From Candidatus Altimarinota bacterium (lineage in GTDB: Bacteria; Patescibacteriota; Gracilibacteria; JBDHUY01), in the NCBI GenBank assembly GCA_039809385.1, contig JBDHUY010000006.1:32001-96000 (forward strand): a stretch of DNA of 64,000 nt, in the 5' to 3' direction. Numbering within the stretch: position 1 is the stretch's first letter; each line of letters opens with the position of its first letter. The notes under the pieces are model-generated. The model saw only the letters and a program-made list of their open reading frames with translations. It was not told the origin of the DNA and searched no databases. The position numbers and the translations under genes were made by a program. Below, piece after piece: positions 61,288 through 64,000 of this stretch.

Positions 61288-64000
61288 ATGGAAAACAAGA
61301 AACCGACGGCAGCGGATATGAAGAGAAACTGGATTCTGTTCGGACTGATTCTGGGAGTTGCCGCACTGGCCGTGGCAGCCTATGTTATGAATCAAAACGC
61401 CCGGCAGTACAAGGGAGCCTCAATTGATCCAAACGACATCAACCCCAGCCAAAACTTTACACAAATTGATGGTATCGGCGATACCGGAGGTCTGGGAATT
61501 AGTAATGGCTGCCCAAATAGTACGCCCTTTCTCTGTTCAGATGGGAGTTGTGCTTCAACCATCACTCAATGTGACCAGCTGTCTCAATGTACGACAAACT
61601 GTAATGCGGTACCGTCTTCTTTTGCTACATCCTGTATCCAGCAAGGCGGAAGTTATTCCTGTGATAGCTGTGGATATGGCTGTGAAGGACTGCCTTCCTC
61701 AAGTTCGAGCAGTTCATCCGGTAGTTCCAGTGGGGGGTTTCAGATCTGTTATGTACAAAGCTGTAATACTTTGGGACAATGTGTAGGAAGAACTCAGAAA
61801 GTTGGAATCGGCGATCCTTGTCCAGTAAGTCAATGCTCCTCGGACGCGGTTTGCGGAATTTTGACCGATCCGTGCGGTGACGGAATTTGCTCGCTCGGTG
61901 AAAGTCCCATCAGTTGCCCGTCAGATTGTAGTGGCGGGACCAGCAGCGGCGGCACGACCGCATTGTCAATCACCAATCTGAATCCAATTACGAGTCCGGT
62001 GGGTACAGCCACGACCGTTACCATCACTGGAACCGGCTTCAATTCCACGACGAACACCGTCCGTTTTACTGGAACGAATTTCAATGCCGATATACCAGCA
62101 ACAGTCCTATCAGGCGGTACTGGTGGACAATGCGGAAACAGAATTTGTGAGACCGGTGAGACCAGTCTGAATTGTCCTTCGGATTGTCCTATAAATGCGG
62201 CGCAGTATAAATGCTCGTCCAGATTTATTCACGGCCAACCGATCGAATTTTGCCGACAATGTACTACCGGAGAAACTGGTTGTACGAGTCAAGAAGAATG
62301 TTCACTCAGTTGCGGAACCGGACTTCTCAACTATAAAGATCAAAAAGATAGCTCTTTTGCCGAGGCCCTTGGGATACCTCGAGCCGAGGCTCTGTCTGGA
62401 ATCCCACTTCAATGTGGTGACGGAGATACAACGATATGTCAAAGCTGTTCCCAAATGGGAGGAGTCGGTTGTTTGCCAAATTGCGGAGGATCGGCCGATA
62501 CCGGCAGCACTTGCTATGAATGCGCTAATCCATTAGACGTTTACTGTAAACCCAAAACGATTATCATTCGTCCGTTGGTCTGTGATCCGGCCTGTTCTGC
62601 GGGAGAATCCTGCATCGACGGTATATGTATTTCTTCCGGCGGAGGTACCAGCGGCGGAGGTACAGGTACCGCGACGCAGCTTCAATTTGTAGTCCCGGAC
62701 ACTGCACCAGTCGGAAGTTATTCTGTTCGGGTCTATACCGGAGCACCGAATCCGAGGGCACTCGTGCTGAGCAATAGTCTTCCTTATACGATAACTCCGG
62801 TTTGCGGCAACAATATGTGCGAAGCCGGAGAAACGACTACGAGCTGCCCGGCCGACTGCGGAAATACGAATGTTAATTCCGGCAACGGAAATGGTAATGG
62901 CAATCCGAATTCCAACAACGGTAACAACAATGGAGGATTGATGTGCGATCCCAATAGCATCCAGGCTTTTGGAACCCCCAGCACCGGTCCGGCTCCTCTG
63001 AACGTTCAATTCGGTACAACTCCCAGCAGCACCCAATGCAGCAACAGTTATACTTGCAGTTGGTTCTACGACGACGGTCCGCAGCAGGACGTTTTAACCG
63101 GTTGTACGCCGACACATACGTATAGCAGTGCGGGTACCTACCATCCCACCGTCACTATTACGAATAACAAAGGAGTAACAAGTACAAAGACCATTACGGT
63201 TACGGTTACACAGGGGGCGGCACAATGCGAGCTACCGGGTGACGTCAATGCCGACAAGAAAGTCGATATTTCTGATCTGGCCAAAATGGCCGACTACCTG
63301 AGTTTGGCTATTCCTCTGGACGAGCCATTAAGACTTTGCGGCAATGTGGCTCAACCTTGTAATAATGTGCTGGACATTTCGGATCTCTCGACACTGGCCG
63401 ACTACCTGAGTCTGGCAATTCCGACACTGCAAGTCTGTAGCAGCAGCGGCAGCATGAATAACAATACCAATAGTTCTACAGCGACGGTAACACTGTCCTC
63501 ATTATCGCCAACCAGCGGTCCGGTTGGAACACTGGTAACGATAACCGGTGCGGGATTTACATTGAGCGGGAATGAAGTGTTCTTTGGAAACGGATATATC
63601 CCGAACGTTGCTTCCACGAACAACGGCACGACGCTCCAGTTCAGGGTTCCGGGCACGCTGGTCCCCAAATGTACCCTACTCCCTACGACAAGTTGTCTCC
63701 TGCCTGTCCGGATTACTGTGGAAGGAGCATACGACATTACTGTTGTAAATGGTCAGGGCGTACAGGGCCAAAAGAGTCTTAGTTTTACCGTAACCTCAGG
63801 CACTACAAGCGATACAGGATATAAGTGTGTCGGGACAACCAATAGTATTCCCCCAAGCTACATCTGCCAAGCCTGTACTATCGGCGAGACCGGCTGCAGT
63901 GATCTCAACAGCTGCCAGACAAGCTGCGGAGCATCAGGTAGTCAATTCAGCAGCGACACCTCGGCTGTCTATTTTCTAACGCAAGAAGCTACTCAGACAT
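61288..64000 (+). CDS. Large Cys-rich surface protein (IPT/TIG, PKD, dockerin-like, CGxxxC repeats); 3' end beyond the window; absent from the ORF track
   Basis: Manual translation from ATG 61288 (MENKKPTAADMKRNWILFGLILGVAALAVAAY...) showed no stop to the window end; motifs TVTITGTGF, GPAPLNVQF..HTYSSAGTY, GDVNADKKVDISDL. Confidence 0.88.
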   Translation, partial: MENKKPTAADMKRNWILFGLILGVAALAVAAYVMNQNARQYKGASIDPNDINPSQNFTQIDGIGDTGGLGISNGCPNSTPFLCSDGSCASTITQCDQLSQCTTNCNAVPSSFATSCIQQGGSYSCDSCGYGCEGLPSSSSSSSSGSSSGGFQICYVQSCNTLGQCVGRTQKVGIGDPCPVSQCSSDAVCGILTDPCGDGICSLGESPISCPSDCSGGTSSGGTTALSITNLNPITSPVGTATTVTITGTGFNSTTNTVRFTGTNFNADIPATVLSGGTGGQCGNRICETGETSLNCPSDCPINAAQYKCSSRFIHGQPIEFCRQCTTGETGCTSQEECSLSCGTGLLNYKDQKDSSFAEALGIPRAEALSGIPLQCGDGDTTICQSCSQMGGVGCLPNCGGSADTGSTCYECANPLDVYCKPKTIIIRPLVCDPACSAGESCIDGICISSGGGTSGGGTGTATQLQFVVPDTAPVGSYSVRVYTGAPNPRALVLSNSLPYTITPVCGNNMCEAGETTTSCPADCGNTNVNSGNGNGNGNPNSNNGNNNGGLMCDPNSIQAFGTPSTGPAPLNVQFGTTPSSTQCSNSYTCSWFYDDGPQQDVLTGCTPTHTYSSAGTYHPTVTITNNKGVTSTKTITVTVTQGAAQCELPGDVNADKKVDISDLAKMADYLSLAIPLDEPLRLCGNVAQPCNNVLDISDLSTLADYLSLAIPTLQVCSSSGSMNNNTNSSTATVTLSSLSPTSGPVGTLVTITGAGFTLSGNEVFFGNGYIPNVASTNNGTTLQFRVPGTLVPKCTLLPTTSCLLPVRITVEGAYDITVVNGQGVQGQKSLSFTVTSGTTSDTGYKCVGTTNSIPPSYICQACTIGETGCSDLNSCQTSCGASGSQFSSDTSAVYFLTQEATQT

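Noticed and set aside
61424-63737. Short ORFs listed in the track for the last 2.6 kb
   Set aside because: Alternate-frame or antisense shadows of the single long ORF starting at 61288.

Overview
Chromosomal window from what looks like a Patescibacteria (CPR) genome using genetic code 11, plausibly Peregrinibacteria/Abawacabacteria-like. This is an inference from three TrmB-family regulators, tandem Cys-rich proteins, a large SLH S-layer protein, mostly Shine-Dalgarno-less pyrimidine-rich leaders and a 23S gene with no adjacent 16S. Recognisable content: a SUF Fe-S cluster broken by insertions (sufC-DUF559-sufB ... sufD-sufS-DUF1653-sufU), a PrsW-family protease, serS, yebC, a four-helix-bundle (23S IVP/Avd-like) gene, hrcA, an AT-rich TrmB / GHMP-like-HTH / small alarmone hydrolase / EgtD-like methyltransferase block next to a long Rel, rmlBCD, infC-rpmI-rplT, HATPase+STAS, NYN, miaB, a carotenoid cluster (crtI, crtB, crtE, lycopene-elongase-like UbiA, GT2), mnmA, dtd, a TSP3/PKD surface protein, 23S and 5S rRNA (minus strand, with an ORF between them), an S-layer protein, and a large Cys-rich surface protein missing from the ORF track (61288 to the window end). 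The strongest unexplained signal is a set of more than a dozen degenerate 7-nt-period arrays of 4-5 units. Purine-rich arrays sit at or just after stop codons and pyrimidine-rich arrays just before start codons. Complementary arrays bracket the four-helix-bundle gene, form gene-free hairpins elsewhere, and build an intervening sequence in 23S helix 25. All family assignments come from motif recognition by eye; no searches or folding were run.
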